Shown: piece after piece, positions 19,795-29,007 of the stretch
Position numbering within the stretch: the first letter of the stretch is position 1
Layout of the letters: each line of letters begins with the position of its first letter
Source: Bacteroidales bacterium UBA1195
GTDB lineage: Bacteria; Bacteroidota; Bacteroidia; Bacteroidales; WCHB1-69
NCBI GenBank assembly: GCA_002309855.1
Contig: DBYD01000054.1
Coordinates: forward strand, 4,272-62,143
Direction of reading: 5' to 3'
Length of the DNA stretch: 57,872 nt
Notes under the pieces: model-generated
Databases searched by the model: none
What the model was told of the DNA's origin: nothing
What the model saw: only the letters and a program-made list of their open reading frames with translations
Made by a program: the position numbers and the translations under genes

Positions 19795-20826
19795 ATGATG
19801 AAATTCACCGTACAGCAGATAGCCGACCAGCTTGGCGCACGGGTTGAGGGAAATCCCGACGCCATCCTTTCAAAGTTTTCAAAAATAGATGCCGGTGAGG
19901 AGGAGGGGCTCTCCTTCCTGGCCAACCCCGCCTACACACATTATATTTATGACACCAAGGCAACCGCCGTGCTGGTGAGCGATGACTTTGAACCCTCCAA
20001 GCCGCTCCACTGCACCCTCATCCGTGTGAAGGACCCATACCTTGCCTTCGCCCAGCTGATGACATTCTACCAGCAGCAGCGTCGCAAGAGCGGCATCTCC
20101 CCCTTCGCCGCCATTTCAGAGAAGGCGGTGATCGGCAAGAACGTCTACATCGGCGACTTTGTCTCGATAAGCGAGGGGGTGGTCATCGGGGACAACTGCG
20201 AAATCTACCCGCACACCTTCATCGGGGACAATGTGCGCATAGGCCATGACACCATACTGCATTCCGGAGTGAAAATATATCACGAATGCGTCATCGGGAA
20301 CCACTGCACGTTCCATTCCGGCGCAATCATCGGGGCGGACGGCTTCGGCTTCGCCCCGCAGGAGGACAAGCAGTACATGAAGATCCCGCAACTGGGCAAC
20401 GTGGTGATTGAGGACAATGTGGACATAGGTGCGAACACCTGCATCGACCGCTCCACCATGGGCTCGACAATAATACACAAAGGTGTGAAGCTCTGCAACT
20501 TCATCCAGATCGCCCACAACTGCGAAATCGGCGAGAACACCGTGATGGCCGCCATGTGCGGTGTGGCGGGCTCCACCAAAATAGGCAAGAACTGCCTCTT
20601 CGGCGGACAGGTCGGGGTCAACTGGCACCTGAACATCGGCGACAACGTGCAGGTGGCCGCCCAGAGCGCCGTCAACAACAGTTTCAAGTCGGGCAGCGCA
20701 GTCTTCGGCACTCCGGCGTTCGACGCAAAGGAGAGCATAAAATGCGTGGCCGTATACCGCCAGCTGCCCAAACTGCTCGAACGGATTCAGGAACTTGAGG
20801 CGCAGGTGGAGAAGCTGAGCAAATAA
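19795..20826 (+). CDS. lpxD: LpxD (paralog 2)
   Basis: LSFLANP.Y, hexapeptide repeats, IGADGFGFAP, IDRSTMG, QIAHN. Confidence 0.9.
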   Translation: MMKFTVQQIADQLGARVEGNPDAILSKFSKIDAGEEEGLSFLANPAYTHYIYDTKATAVLVSDDFEPSKPLHCTLIRVKDPYLAFAQLMTFYQQQRRKSGISPFAAISEKAVIGKNVYIGDFVSISEGVVIGDNCEIYPHTFIGDNVRIGHDTILHSGVKIYHECVIGNHCTFHSGAIIGADGFGFAPQEDKQYMKIPQLGNVVIEDNVDIGANTCIDRSTMGSTIIHKGVKLCNFIQIAHNCEIGENTVMAAMCGVAGSTKIGKNCLFGGQVGVNWHLNIGDNVQVAAQSAVNNSFKSGSAVFGTPAFDAKESIKCVAVYRQLPKLLERIQELEAQVEKLSK

Positions 20827-20841
20827 CCATACCCTCCATCC

Positions 20842-21675
20842 ATGAGGAACCTGTTTGAATTCATCAGGCGTTACGCGGCAGTTTTCCTGTTTGTGATACT
20901 TGAAATCGTCTGCCTGCTGCTGATCACCTCCTCCACCGCCTACAAGCAATGGAAGGGCGGAACCGTCATAAGGGAGATGGCCGGGCCAGTGCTGCGGCAA
21001 CGTGCCAAGGCTGCCTCATATTTCCATTTGCGGAAGGAGAACGAGGCACTGCTTGATTTCCAGCACAGACTGCTGCAACAGGTCTGTAACACCGACCTCA
21101 ACACATCCGACAGTTCCATCACCGACAGCCTGCCTGAGCCGCTGCAGGCGCCGCTTTTCGACTACAAGGTGGCCAATATCCTTGAAAACACGACTTCACT
21201 GCCGGACAACTACCTTATTCTGGACAAAGGCTATGAGGACGGCATCCGGCAGGGACTTGGCGTGCTTTCCGACCAGGGCGTTGTCGGCATCGTCAAGAAC
21301 GTCTCGCCCCACTTCTGCACAGTGATGTCGCTGCTGCACTCCAAATTCAACCTGAGCGTTATACTGAAGGACGGCATTGTTACAGGTGTGCTGTACTGGG
21401 ACGGCAGGAACCACAGGAGGGCCATACTCCGCAACGTCTCCTCACTGGACCAGATAAAGGTCGGAGACACCCTTGTAACCCACCATTCACTGATTTTCCC
21501 GCCGGACTATCCGGTCGGGACCGTCTCGAAAATCCGCAAGGAGGTGGAGGATGGCTTCTACACTCTGGAAGTGCGGCTGAGCAACCACTTTGACCGGATG
21601 ACACAGGTATGGATTGTTCAGAACAACTATTACGACGAACTGCAAACTTTAACAGACAGCACACGTCATGAATAA
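20842..21675 (+). CDS. mreC: Rod shape-determining protein MreC
   Basis: N-terminal TM and coiled coil (LRKENEAL), LDKG..DGI..G.GV..QGVVGIV, IFPP.YPVG. Confidence 0.9.
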   Translation: MRNLFEFIRRYAAVFLFVILEIVCLLLITSSTAYKQWKGGTVIREMAGPVLRQRAKAASYFHLRKENEALLDFQHRLLQQVCNTDLNTSDSSITDSLPEPLQAPLFDYKVANILENTTSLPDNYLILDKGYEDGIRQGLGVLSDQGVVGIVKNVSPHFCTVMSLLHSKFNLSVILKDGIVTGVLYWDGRNHRRAILRNVSSLDQIKVGDTLVTHHSLIFPPDYPVGTVSKIRKEVEDGFYTLEVRLSNHFDRMTQVWIVQNNYYDELQTLTDSTRHE

Positions 21676-22189
21676 GAACTTCGCCTGGAAATATGTATGG
21701 CAGTTTCTGCTGTTGCTGGCCGCGCAGGTGCTGCTTTTGAACCGCATCTGCCTGTGGGGATACCTCACCCCGATGCTATATGTCATGTTCATTCTGACCC
21801 TTCCGTTCCAGACCCCACGATGGTTGGTGGTGCTGCTGGGGTTTGCAATCGGATTTGGAGTGGACTGCTTTTCCGGAATAATGGGCGTGCACGCTGCCGC
21901 AACCACCCTTATCGCCTTCATGCGGCCCGTTGTCATCAACCTGATTCCATACAACGCCACCCTGGAAGATCACCAGCTTCCAACTTTGTGGGACATGCAT
22001 TTCGGCTGGTTTGCCGGCTATACGCTGCTGTCCACCTTCATTCACCAGTTCCTGATTTTCTTCTTGGACAGCTTCAGCCTGGCCAACTTTTTCCACCTGA
22101 TATGGATCAGCCTTATCAACAGTATTTTCACCACCCTGCTGATCATGATTGTCCAAGGACTTTTCTATAACAGTTCCAAACGATACTGA
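21668..22189 (+). CDS. mreD: Rod shape-determining protein MreD
   Basis: Hydrophobic 173 aa with QVLLLN.I, D.FSG..GVHAAA; overlaps mreC. Confidence 0.88.
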   Translation: MNKNFAWKYVWQFLLLLAAQVLLLNRICLWGYLTPMLYVMFILTLPFQTPRWLVVLLGFAIGFGVDCFSGIMGVHAAATTLIAFMRPVVINLIPYNATLEDHQLPTLWDMHFGWFAGYTLLSTFIHQFLIFFLDSFSLANFFHLIWISLINSIFTTLLIMIVQGLFYNSSKRY

Positions 22190-22201
22190 ACTGAAATAAA
22201 A

Positions 22202-23122
22202 TTACCCTACCGAACGAACCTTCTTGAACGCCGCCCCAAAATACGCCGGCAAATCCCCTGAAAGCAGGCTCTCCTCCGACTGGAACTCCAAAGCCAAATC
22301 CCCTGCAAGCCCGTGCAGATACACTCCGGCTATAGCCGCATGTTCCGACGAATATCCTTGTGCAAGAAGTGCAAGAACAAGACCGCACAGCACGTCACCG
22401 CTACCGGCGGTGGCCATGCCAGGATTTCCCGTGGTGTTGAAAAGAACATGACCGTCAGGCTGCACAACAGCAGTATATGCCCCTTTTATAAGACAGACAC
22501 AACGGTGGCGGGCGGCAAAAACGCGTGTGCGCTCCAACCGCTCCGTGGCATCCCCAGTGTGTCCGACCAGCCGCTCCAACTCGCCGGGATGCGGCGTGAG
22601 GATGGAACCGGCCGGCAGAAACTCCAACCATGTCGGATTTTCGGAAAGAAGGTTCAAGGCATCGGCGTCACACACGATGGGACGGCGATAGAACTGCAGC
22701 AGCTGTTTCAGACAGCGTCCGGCAGCATCGCTCCTGCCCAGTCCCGGACCGGTTCCGACGGCGCTATATTTCTCCAATTTTCTGAAATCCAAAGAACTGA
22801 CAGTATCCTCCAGCACATCGCAGGAGAGCATCGCCTCCGGCACCGCGGTCTGCATCGGCAGCTCCCCGCAGGCGGGCAGATGAACCGTCAGCAGCCCCAC
22901 CCCTCCGCGCAGGCAGGCCTTTGCCGCCAGCTGGGCGGCACCCAACATGTCCCTGCTGCCGGCAATCAGCAGCGCATGTCCGAAATCCCCCTTGTGCGCA
23001 AACTGCGCACGGGGACGCAAAATGGCGGCCACCATTTTAATTTCAATAAGTTGGCAGGAGCCGTCCGACAGCCATCCTATACGGGATGCCGTCTCCGGAG
23101 AAAACGGAAGGGAATTATTCAT
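22202..23122 (-). CDS. nnrD: ADP-dependent NAD(P)H-hydrate dehydratase (stand-alone)
   Basis: HKGDFGHALLIAGS, GPGLG, DADALN, LTPHPGE, MATAGSGDVL; no NnrE epimerase domain; start at 23122 overlaps the upstream gene's stop. Confidence 0.9.
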   Translation of the reverse strand: MNNSLPFSPETASRIGWLSDGSCQLIEIKMVAAILRPRAQFAHKGDFGHALLIAGSRDMLGAAQLAAKACLRGGVGLLTVHLPACGELPMQTAVPEAMLSCDVLEDTVSSLDFRKLEKYSAVGTGPGLGRSDAAGRCLKQLLQFYRRPIVCDADALNLLSENPTWLEFLPAGSILTPHPGELERLVGHTGDATERLERTRVFAARHRCVCLIKGAYTAVVQPDGHVLFNTTGNPGMATAGSGDVLCGLVLALLAQGYSSEHAAIAGVYLHGLAGDLALEFQSEESLLSGDLPAYFGAAFKKVRSVG

Positions 23123-24341
23123 GGCGGATGTTTTTGAACAGTCGGTCGGAAATTCGTATGACCGGAATAAGCATTGCAGGCAGGGTGATACACAAAACAA
23201 CGGCGGAAATGGCCAGCATGTCCATACCGTGAATCTCGACCGGATATGGCGTTCCACCGGCACCCAAACGTATCAGATGGAAGGTTTTCTGCGCCCAGCA
23301 GACAGCAAAGCCAAGCAACATGCCGGCAAATGTGCCGACACCGGCTATCAGAAGCCCTTCCTGCACGAACACCTTCCGGATGAAAGAGGTTTCCGCCCCC
23401 ATGGCGTAGAAAATGCCGACATCCTTTTTCTTGTCCAGAACCAGCACGGCCATCATGCCGATCATGTTGAAGGAGGCAATGAGAAGAATAAAGGAAAGGA
23501 TGGCGAAAATCGCCCATTTTTCGGAGCGCATCACCTTGTACATATCCGCCTCCTGCTGGTATTGGTCCAAAACCTGATAGCCATTACCGAGAAGAGCCTC
23601 CACCGACGCAACCACCTTCCGTACCGGAATCTTTGGCGAAACCCGCAGTTCGACAGATGTCACCTCCCCCTCGTGGCCTGTAAGATGTTGCATAAATTGA
23701 AGTGAAGTGAACACGTATGAGGCATCATATTCCGTAGCGGAAAAGAAACAGCCGACCGGTGTCAGCTGTTCGCTCTGTATGCCCTGCATCGGATTGGCTG
23801 CCATAAGCCGCTGCGACCTTTTTGGATAATGGACCAAAAGCCTATTGCTGATGTAATCGGCAATGCCGCAGTGCAGTTTCTGCTCCACACCCGCGCCCAG
23901 CACCGCTAACGGGAAATCACCGCTTTCAGTCGCAAAAACGCCTTTGTAGACAGTCGTGTCGAGACGTTTCATCCGGTAATAGTCCGGCGCCACACCCTTT
24001 AGCCTTGCTATAAACTGACGGTCATCATAGGAGAGCACAGCCATGTCGCTGCATACCTCAGAAAGATATTCCACACCCTCCAGACCGCGAAGCGCAGCCA
24101 GCTGTTCCTCTGTAAGGGCGAAAGTCTTCCCTTTGGACGCAGTAATCTCCACATCAGCATGAAAGGCATTGAAACGGCTGCCGATATAGGACTGCAGACC
24201 GTTAAAAACTGAGAGCACGATAAAGAGTGCCGCCGTACAGACCAAAATGCTGGCCAGCGAGATCCAGGAAATGAGCTGGATAAGCTGGTGGGATTTTTCG
24301 GACCAGAGGTACCTTTTCGCAACAAAGAAGGAGACCTTCAC
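23115..24341 (-). CDS. LolC/E-like (FtsX family) ABC permease
   Basis: AKRYL.S.K, VLSVFNG, periplasmic domain, three C-terminal TMs with IASFNMIG..DKK.D. Confidence 0.88.
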   Translation of the reverse strand: MKVSFFVAKRYLWSEKSHQLIQLISWISLASILVCTAALFIVLSVFNGLQSYIGSRFNAFHADVEITASKGKTFALTEEQLAALRGLEGVEYLSEVCSDMAVLSYDDRQFIARLKGVAPDYYRMKRLDTTVYKGVFATESGDFPLAVLGAGVEQKLHCGIADYISNRLLVHYPKRSQRLMAANPMQGIQSEQLTPVGCFFSATEYDASYVFTSLQFMQHLTGHEGEVTSVELRVSPKIPVRKVVASVEALLGNGYQVLDQYQQEADMYKVMRSEKWAIFAILSFILLIASFNMIGMMAVLVLDKKKDVGIFYAMGAETSFIRKVFVQEGLLIAGVGTFAGMLLGFAVCWAQKTFHLIRLGAGGTPYPVEIHGMDMLAISAVVLCITLPAMLIPVIRISDRLFKNIRHE

Positions 24342-24676
24342 TGTTTCAACAGTTTGTCAATATTTTCAATATAGTCGAGGGTTTCGTCAAGCACAAAGGT
24401 GAGTTCGGGAATTATCCTCAGCTGCTGGCGGACGCGCTGCCCCAGCCGGAAACGGATTTCGCGGCTGTTGGAATCCAGCAACGCCATGACAGCCGCCTTG
24501 TCCGGCACACCGAAAACACTGACATACACCCGTGCATAGGAGATGTCCTTTGAAACCGAAGCCCTGGTGACTGTCACCAAGCCGCGCCCCCCATACAAGG
24601 AGCGTTCCATCTGGAACATGTCAGCCATCTCCTTCTGGACCAGACGTGCTATTTTCTGTTGTCTTGTTGTTTCCAT
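24338..24676 (-). CDS. rbfA: Ribosome-binding factor A
   Basis: METTRQQKIARL.QKE, LRIIPELTF.LD.TLDY. Confidence 0.95.
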   Translation of the reverse strand: METTRQQKIARLVQKEMADMFQMERSLYGGRGLVTVTRASVSKDISYARVYVSVFGVPDKAAVMALLDSNSREIRFRLGQRVRQQLRIIPELTFVLDETLDYIENIDKLLKQ

Positions 24677-24688
24677 CCTACTCTCTTT

Positions 24689-25234
24689 CTACTCCTCCAA
24701 TTGGTAAATGTCCGGATATTGCCGGCCATATTCGTCATAATCCATGCCAAATCCCACCACAAAGGCATCGTCAATCTCAAAACCGACATAGCGGATTGGC
24801 AGCGTTCCGAGGTATTTCCCCCGCTTGAAGGTGAGCGCGGCAACCTCAGAATCCTTCACGCCGCAGGACTGCAGGCGTTCGTGCAGATAGGCGATTGTCC
24901 GGCCTGTATCCACAATGTCCTCAACAACAATGACACGACGCCCCCTCAGCCGCTCCTCCGGCAGCCCTATAACCTCCTTGCCCGCACCTGTGGATGAGGT
25001 GCCCACATAGGAGGTGTAGCGAATGCAGCAGAGCTCCACATCAACCGTAAGCTGCTGCATCAGCGCGACGGCAAAAGGCATCGCACCGTTGAGTACGACA
25101 AGCAGCATGGGACGCTCACCGGCATAGTCCGCAGAGATGCGGCCAGCAAGTTCTGCAACCTTTTCTGCAATCCTATCCCGCGAAATGTATGGGACGAAAC
25201 GGCGGCCATGGATAAGCGGTCCGGAACTATTCAT
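24689..25234 (-). CDS. hpt: Hypoxanthine phosphoribosyltransferase
   Basis: VLNGA..F, SYVGT.S, VEDIVDTG.T (PRPP motif), FVVGFGMDY. Confidence 0.92.
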   Translation of the reverse strand: MNSSGPLIHGRRFVPYISRDRIAEKVAELAGRISADYAGERPMLLVVLNGAMPFAVALMQQLTVDVELCCIRYTSYVGTSSTGAGKEVIGLPEERLRGRRVIVVEDIVDTGRTIAYLHERLQSCGVKDSEVAALTFKRGKYLGTLPIRYVGFEIDDAFVVGFGMDYDEYGRQYPDIYQLEE

Positions 25235-27002
25235 GCAGGTAAATCTCCTTTATTTCCTTTTCGTACTTCTTCATGATGACGCGGCGTTTGAGCTTCATTG
25301 TCTGCGAAAGCTCCCCGGAGGCGGCGCTCCATTCGTCCGGCACCAGATGGATCCGCTTGAGCTGCTCATGCTGCGCAAGCTTGTCGTTTATAGCATCCAC
25401 CTCCTGCATGACCATCTTTTTGACCTGCGCGTTGTTAACCAGGTCGGCATGGGTGGTGAAAGGAATCTTGTTCTTTTTCGCCCATTCCTGCAAACGGTTG
25501 AAATCGGGTGAAACGAGCGCTGAGGCAAACTTCTCGTTCTCCCCTATCACCATAATATTCTCAATGAAAGGAGATTCCTTGAATCGGTTCTCCAGCATCT
25601 GCGGAGCAATGTACTTGCCGGCGGAAAGCTTGAAAATCTCCTTTTTCCGATCGGTGATGCGCAGATAACCGTCCTTGTTGAACTCGCCGATGTCGCCGGT
25701 ATGGAACCAGCCCTCCTCGTCTATCACCTGCGCGGTGGCCTCCGGATCCTTGTAATAGCCCGCCATAAGGCAGATACCCTTGGTCAGGATTTCGCCGTCA
25801 TCTGCCAGCTTCATCTCAATTCCCGGCATTATCTTTCCTACGGTGCCGATCACAATCAGCATCTCCTTTGGATTGTTGACCGCAATCACCGGTGAGGTCT
25901 CGGTCATGCCATAGCCCTCGAAAATGTACATCTTGGCCGCAGTGTAGAGCCTGATAATCTTGTCCTGGATGGAGGAGCCGCCGGAGACAATCAGCATCTC
26001 ATGGCCGCCCAACGCCTCGCGCCACTTCGAGTACACCAGCTTGTCGGCAATCGCGTATGGCAGCTTGTACAGGGCATCCTTGCGCTTATAGTCGAACTTC
26101 AGGGCCTTGTTGAACGCCCATTTGTAAATCATTCGCGACATGCCCTTCAGCTCGTCACCTTTGGCCTGCAGCTTGTCGAACATCATCTCCATCACACGCG
26201 GCACCGCGCAGAAGCCGTCCGCATGGGCCTCATTCAAATCGCGTGCGATGCTGCGCAGCGACTCCGCATAGTATATGCTGACACCGAGATACTGGTATTC
26301 GTAGTTCATGCTGCGCTCATAGATGTGGCAGAGCGGCAAAAAGCTCAGCATCCTGTGACGGTGGTCGCGGATCTGCATGTTGGCATGTCCTATGGCGTTA
26401 AACGTCAAACCGATATGTTTCAGCATAACACCTTTGGGCATTCCGGTGGTGCCGGAGGTATAGATTATGGTACAGACCTCATCCTCTCCGATTTTCTTTT
26501 TGTTCTCCTCAATTACAGGGACCCATTCATCCGCCTTTTCCTCCCCAAGCTTGAGCAGCTCCTTCCAATTTTTCCGTCCCTCTATCTCATTGACGGTAAA
26601 CAGTTCCGGACGCAGAGGCATCTCCTCAACAATCGGAGCCACAACGCCCAATATCTTCTCGTTGCCCACAAATACCGCCCGCGCACCGCTGTGATTCAGG
26701 ATGTGCCGGTAGTCCTCCTCGCTCAATGTCGGATAAACCGGGATTGAGATCATGTGCGCCAGCGAGAGCGCCATGTCCAAAAAGTTCCATTCCGGACGGT
26801 TCTGGGTGATGATGACCACACGGTCGCCCTCCCGGAAACCTGCTGCCAGCAGGCCGTATGCCAGATTATGTGAAATCCGGTAATAGTCGTCCACACTGTA
26901 TTTCACCCATCCCTTCGGAGTACGGATGGAGAGGATGTCCTGCTTGAAGGAATATTGCTCCTTTAACTGGGTCAGTAAATCAAATGTCCTTGTCACTTTC
27001 AT
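25227..27002 (-). CDS. Long-chain fatty acid-CoA ligase (copy 2)
   Basis: IIYTSGTTGMPKG, LSFLPLCH, EGYGMTETSP, WFHTGDIG, ITDRKKE. Confidence 0.92.
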   Translation of the reverse strand: MKVTRTFDLLTQLKEQYSFKQDILSIRTPKGWVKYSVDDYYRISHNLAYGLLAAGFREGDRVVIITQNRPEWNFLDMALSLAHMISIPVYPTLSEEDYRHILNHSGARAVFVGNEKILGVVAPIVEEMPLRPELFTVNEIEGRKNWKELLKLGEEKADEWVPVIEENKKKIGEDEVCTIIYTSGTTGMPKGVMLKHIGLTFNAIGHANMQIRDHRHRMLSFLPLCHIYERSMNYEYQYLGVSIYYAESLRSIARDLNEAHADGFCAVPRVMEMMFDKLQAKGDELKGMSRMIYKWAFNKALKFDYKRKDALYKLPYAIADKLVYSKWREALGGHEMLIVSGGSSIQDKIIRLYTAAKMYIFEGYGMTETSPVIAVNNPKEMLIVIGTVGKIMPGIEMKLADDGEILTKGICLMAGYYKDPEATAQVIDEEGWFHTGDIGEFNKDGYLRITDRKKEIFKLSAGKYIAPQMLENRFKESPFIENIMVIGENEKFASALVSPDFNRLQEWAKKNKIPFTTHADLVNNAQVKKMVMQEVDAINDKLAQHEQLKRIHLVPDEWSAASGELSQTMKLKRRVIMKKYEKEIKEIYLHE

Positions 27003-28878
27003 TTTTCGAAGATTTGTTTATGTTGAATTTCGGAAAAAGTTTCTCCGGTCCTATTTGCCGCACCTTGTCCAGAAAGGAGAGGTTTATCTGCTTGAAAGAA
27101 AAACCCTGTTCCTTCTCCTTCTGGTGGTTGTATATCTGCGCGATCTGATCGCTGTACTTCCGCAGCAGCACATGCCGCTTAAGCTTAAGCGTGGGGGAAA
27201 GCTCGCCTGTCTGCGGAGACCATTCCTCCGTGACGAGACGGAAGCCCTTAATCTGCTCATGGGGAGCAAGCATACGGTTAATGGCGACAATCTCCTGCTG
27301 GAAACGCTCCACAATCTCCGGATGCTGTATCAGCTGCCCGTTATCTCGGTAATGCAGCTTGTGTTTGCTGGCGTAAAAATGCAGCTGGTTATAGTTGGGG
27401 GAAATCAGCGCCGCCACATATTTCTCGTTCTCACCCACCACCATCGCATCCTCAATCCATTCCGATTCCTTGAGACGGCTTTCTATCGGCTGGGGTGCGA
27501 CATATTTGCCTGCGGAAAGTTTGAAAAGCTCCTTTTTCCGGTCGGTAATCTTCAGGAAAATACCATCCTCAAACTGTCCGACATCGCCTGTATGGAACCA
27601 GCCCTCACTGTCCGTGACAGGCCGGTCGTCCTTGTAGTAGCCGTGCGTGACCGAGGGGCTCTTCACCAGAATCTCACCGTCATCGGCCAGCTTCACCTCC
27701 GCCACGGGCAGCACCGGCCCCACAGTACCTATACGCCAGTTTCCGGTCACAGGGTTGTTCACAGCTATCACAGGACCCGTCTCCGTAAGGCCGTAACCCT
27801 CAAATACGCAGAGGCCGGCCGCATGGAACAGACGGGTGATTTTCGGATTCAGCGCCGAACCTCCACTGACTATGATAAAGCGGTTCCCACCGAACTTGTT
27901 GCGTATTGTACTGTATACCAATACATCATATACGTGCTGCCACAGTTTGTACCACAACCCCCTGCGTCTGTCAAAGCGGTATCCGTGGTTCAAAGCCATC
28001 CTGTAAATTGACTTTCGGATGCCGGCCATGTCCTTTCCGGCGGCCACAAGCTTGTCATGCATCAGCTCAAGCACACGCGGCACGGCACAGAATCCGTGCG
28101 CACGGACCTCATTTGCGGCCTGCATTATCGTGGCCATATTGTCCACATAATATATGCTGATGCCCAAATACTGGTAATGGTAGTTCATGGTCCGCTCAAA
28201 CACATGGCAGAGCGGCAGGAAGCTTAGGGCGCGGCAATGCGAATCCATCGGCATAACCTTGGCATGCGCCGTAAAGTTGGAGACAAGGTTCTCATGGGTC
28301 AGCACAACCCCCTTGGGTGTGCCTGTCGTCCCGGAGGTGTAGACCATTGTCGCCACATCGGAGGGAAGAATTGATGATTTTATCTCCTGCACAACAGGCG
28401 CATCCTGCTGGCGGTGCAGGATACCCTGCTTGAATACGGAATAGAGCTCCTCCTCCCCGTCCACATGGTCAAGCGTGAAAATTTTGGGATTGTTCTCAAA
28501 GTTTTCAAAGGCAGGTTGCACCTTCCGGTAGATCGCGCGGTTTGCAAGTATCACAACCTTCGCGTCCGAATGGTTGATCACATAGGAGTAATCGTTTGTG
28601 GTCAGGGTCGGATAAACCGGAACATGGACAACGCCAAGCATTGCCAGGCCCATGTCGATAATGTTGAACTCAGGACGGTTGTTGGTGACGGTCACCACAT
28701 GGTCGCCCTTGCGAAGCCCAAGTTCATGGAAACCGTAGCTCATGATTTCGGAGTACTTGCAATAGTCGCTGACGCTTAACTTCACCCATCCGTCATTCCG
28801 TTTGGTGGCCAGAATGTCGTCCTTATCGTACCGTTCCGCCATCCAATCCAATAAATCAAATGTACGTTTTACCTCCAA
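26980..28878 (-). CDS. Long-chain fatty acid-CoA ligase (copy 1)
   Basis: VYTSGTTGTPKG, EGYGLTETGP, WFHTGDVG; TTG start; overlaps copy 2 by 23 bp. Confidence 0.9.
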   Translation of the reverse strand: MEVKRTFDLLDWMAERYDKDDILATKRNDGWVKLSVSDYCKYSEIMSYGFHELGLRKGDHVVTVTNNRPEFNIIDMGLAMLGVVHVPVYPTLTTNDYSYVINHSDAKVVILANRAIYRKVQPAFENFENNPKIFTLDHVDGEEELYSVFKQGILHRQQDAPVVQEIKSSILPSDVATMVYTSGTTGTPKGVVLTHENLVSNFTAHAKVMPMDSHCRALSFLPLCHVFERTMNYHYQYLGISIYYVDNMATIMQAANEVRAHGFCAVPRVLELMHDKLVAAGKDMAGIRKSIYRMALNHGYRFDRRRGLWYKLWQHVYDVLVYSTIRNKFGGNRFIIVSGGSALNPKITRLFHAAGLCVFEGYGLTETGPVIAVNNPVTGNWRIGTVGPVLPVAEVKLADDGEILVKSPSVTHGYYKDDRPVTDSEGWFHTGDVGQFEDGIFLKITDRKKELFKLSAGKYVAPQPIESRLKESEWIEDAMVVGENEKYVAALISPNYNQLHFYASKHKLHYRDNGQLIQHPEIVERFQQEIVAINRMLAPHEQIKGFRLVTEEWSPQTGELSPTLKLKRHVLLRKYSDQIAQIYNHQKEKEQGFSFKQINLSFLDKVRQIGPEKLFPKFNINKSSKNESDKDI

Positions 28879-28954
28879 AACAGTTGTATCAAAAATTCAA
28901 ACCTTAAAATTTGCAAAAATAATAAAAAAAAGGATATGATTTCTGCAAATTGGC

Positions 28955-28983
28955 AAAAAAAGGGCCGCCCAAAATGGCGGCCC
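28955..28983 (-). terminator. Intrinsic terminator after the gcvP-T9SS protein unit
   Basis: GGGCCGCC-6 nt-GGCGGCCC hairpin (28962-28983) followed on the minus strand by a 7-U tract. Confidence 0.8.
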
Positions 28984-29007
28984 AAAAATGAAACAGATAA
29001 ATGTTTA

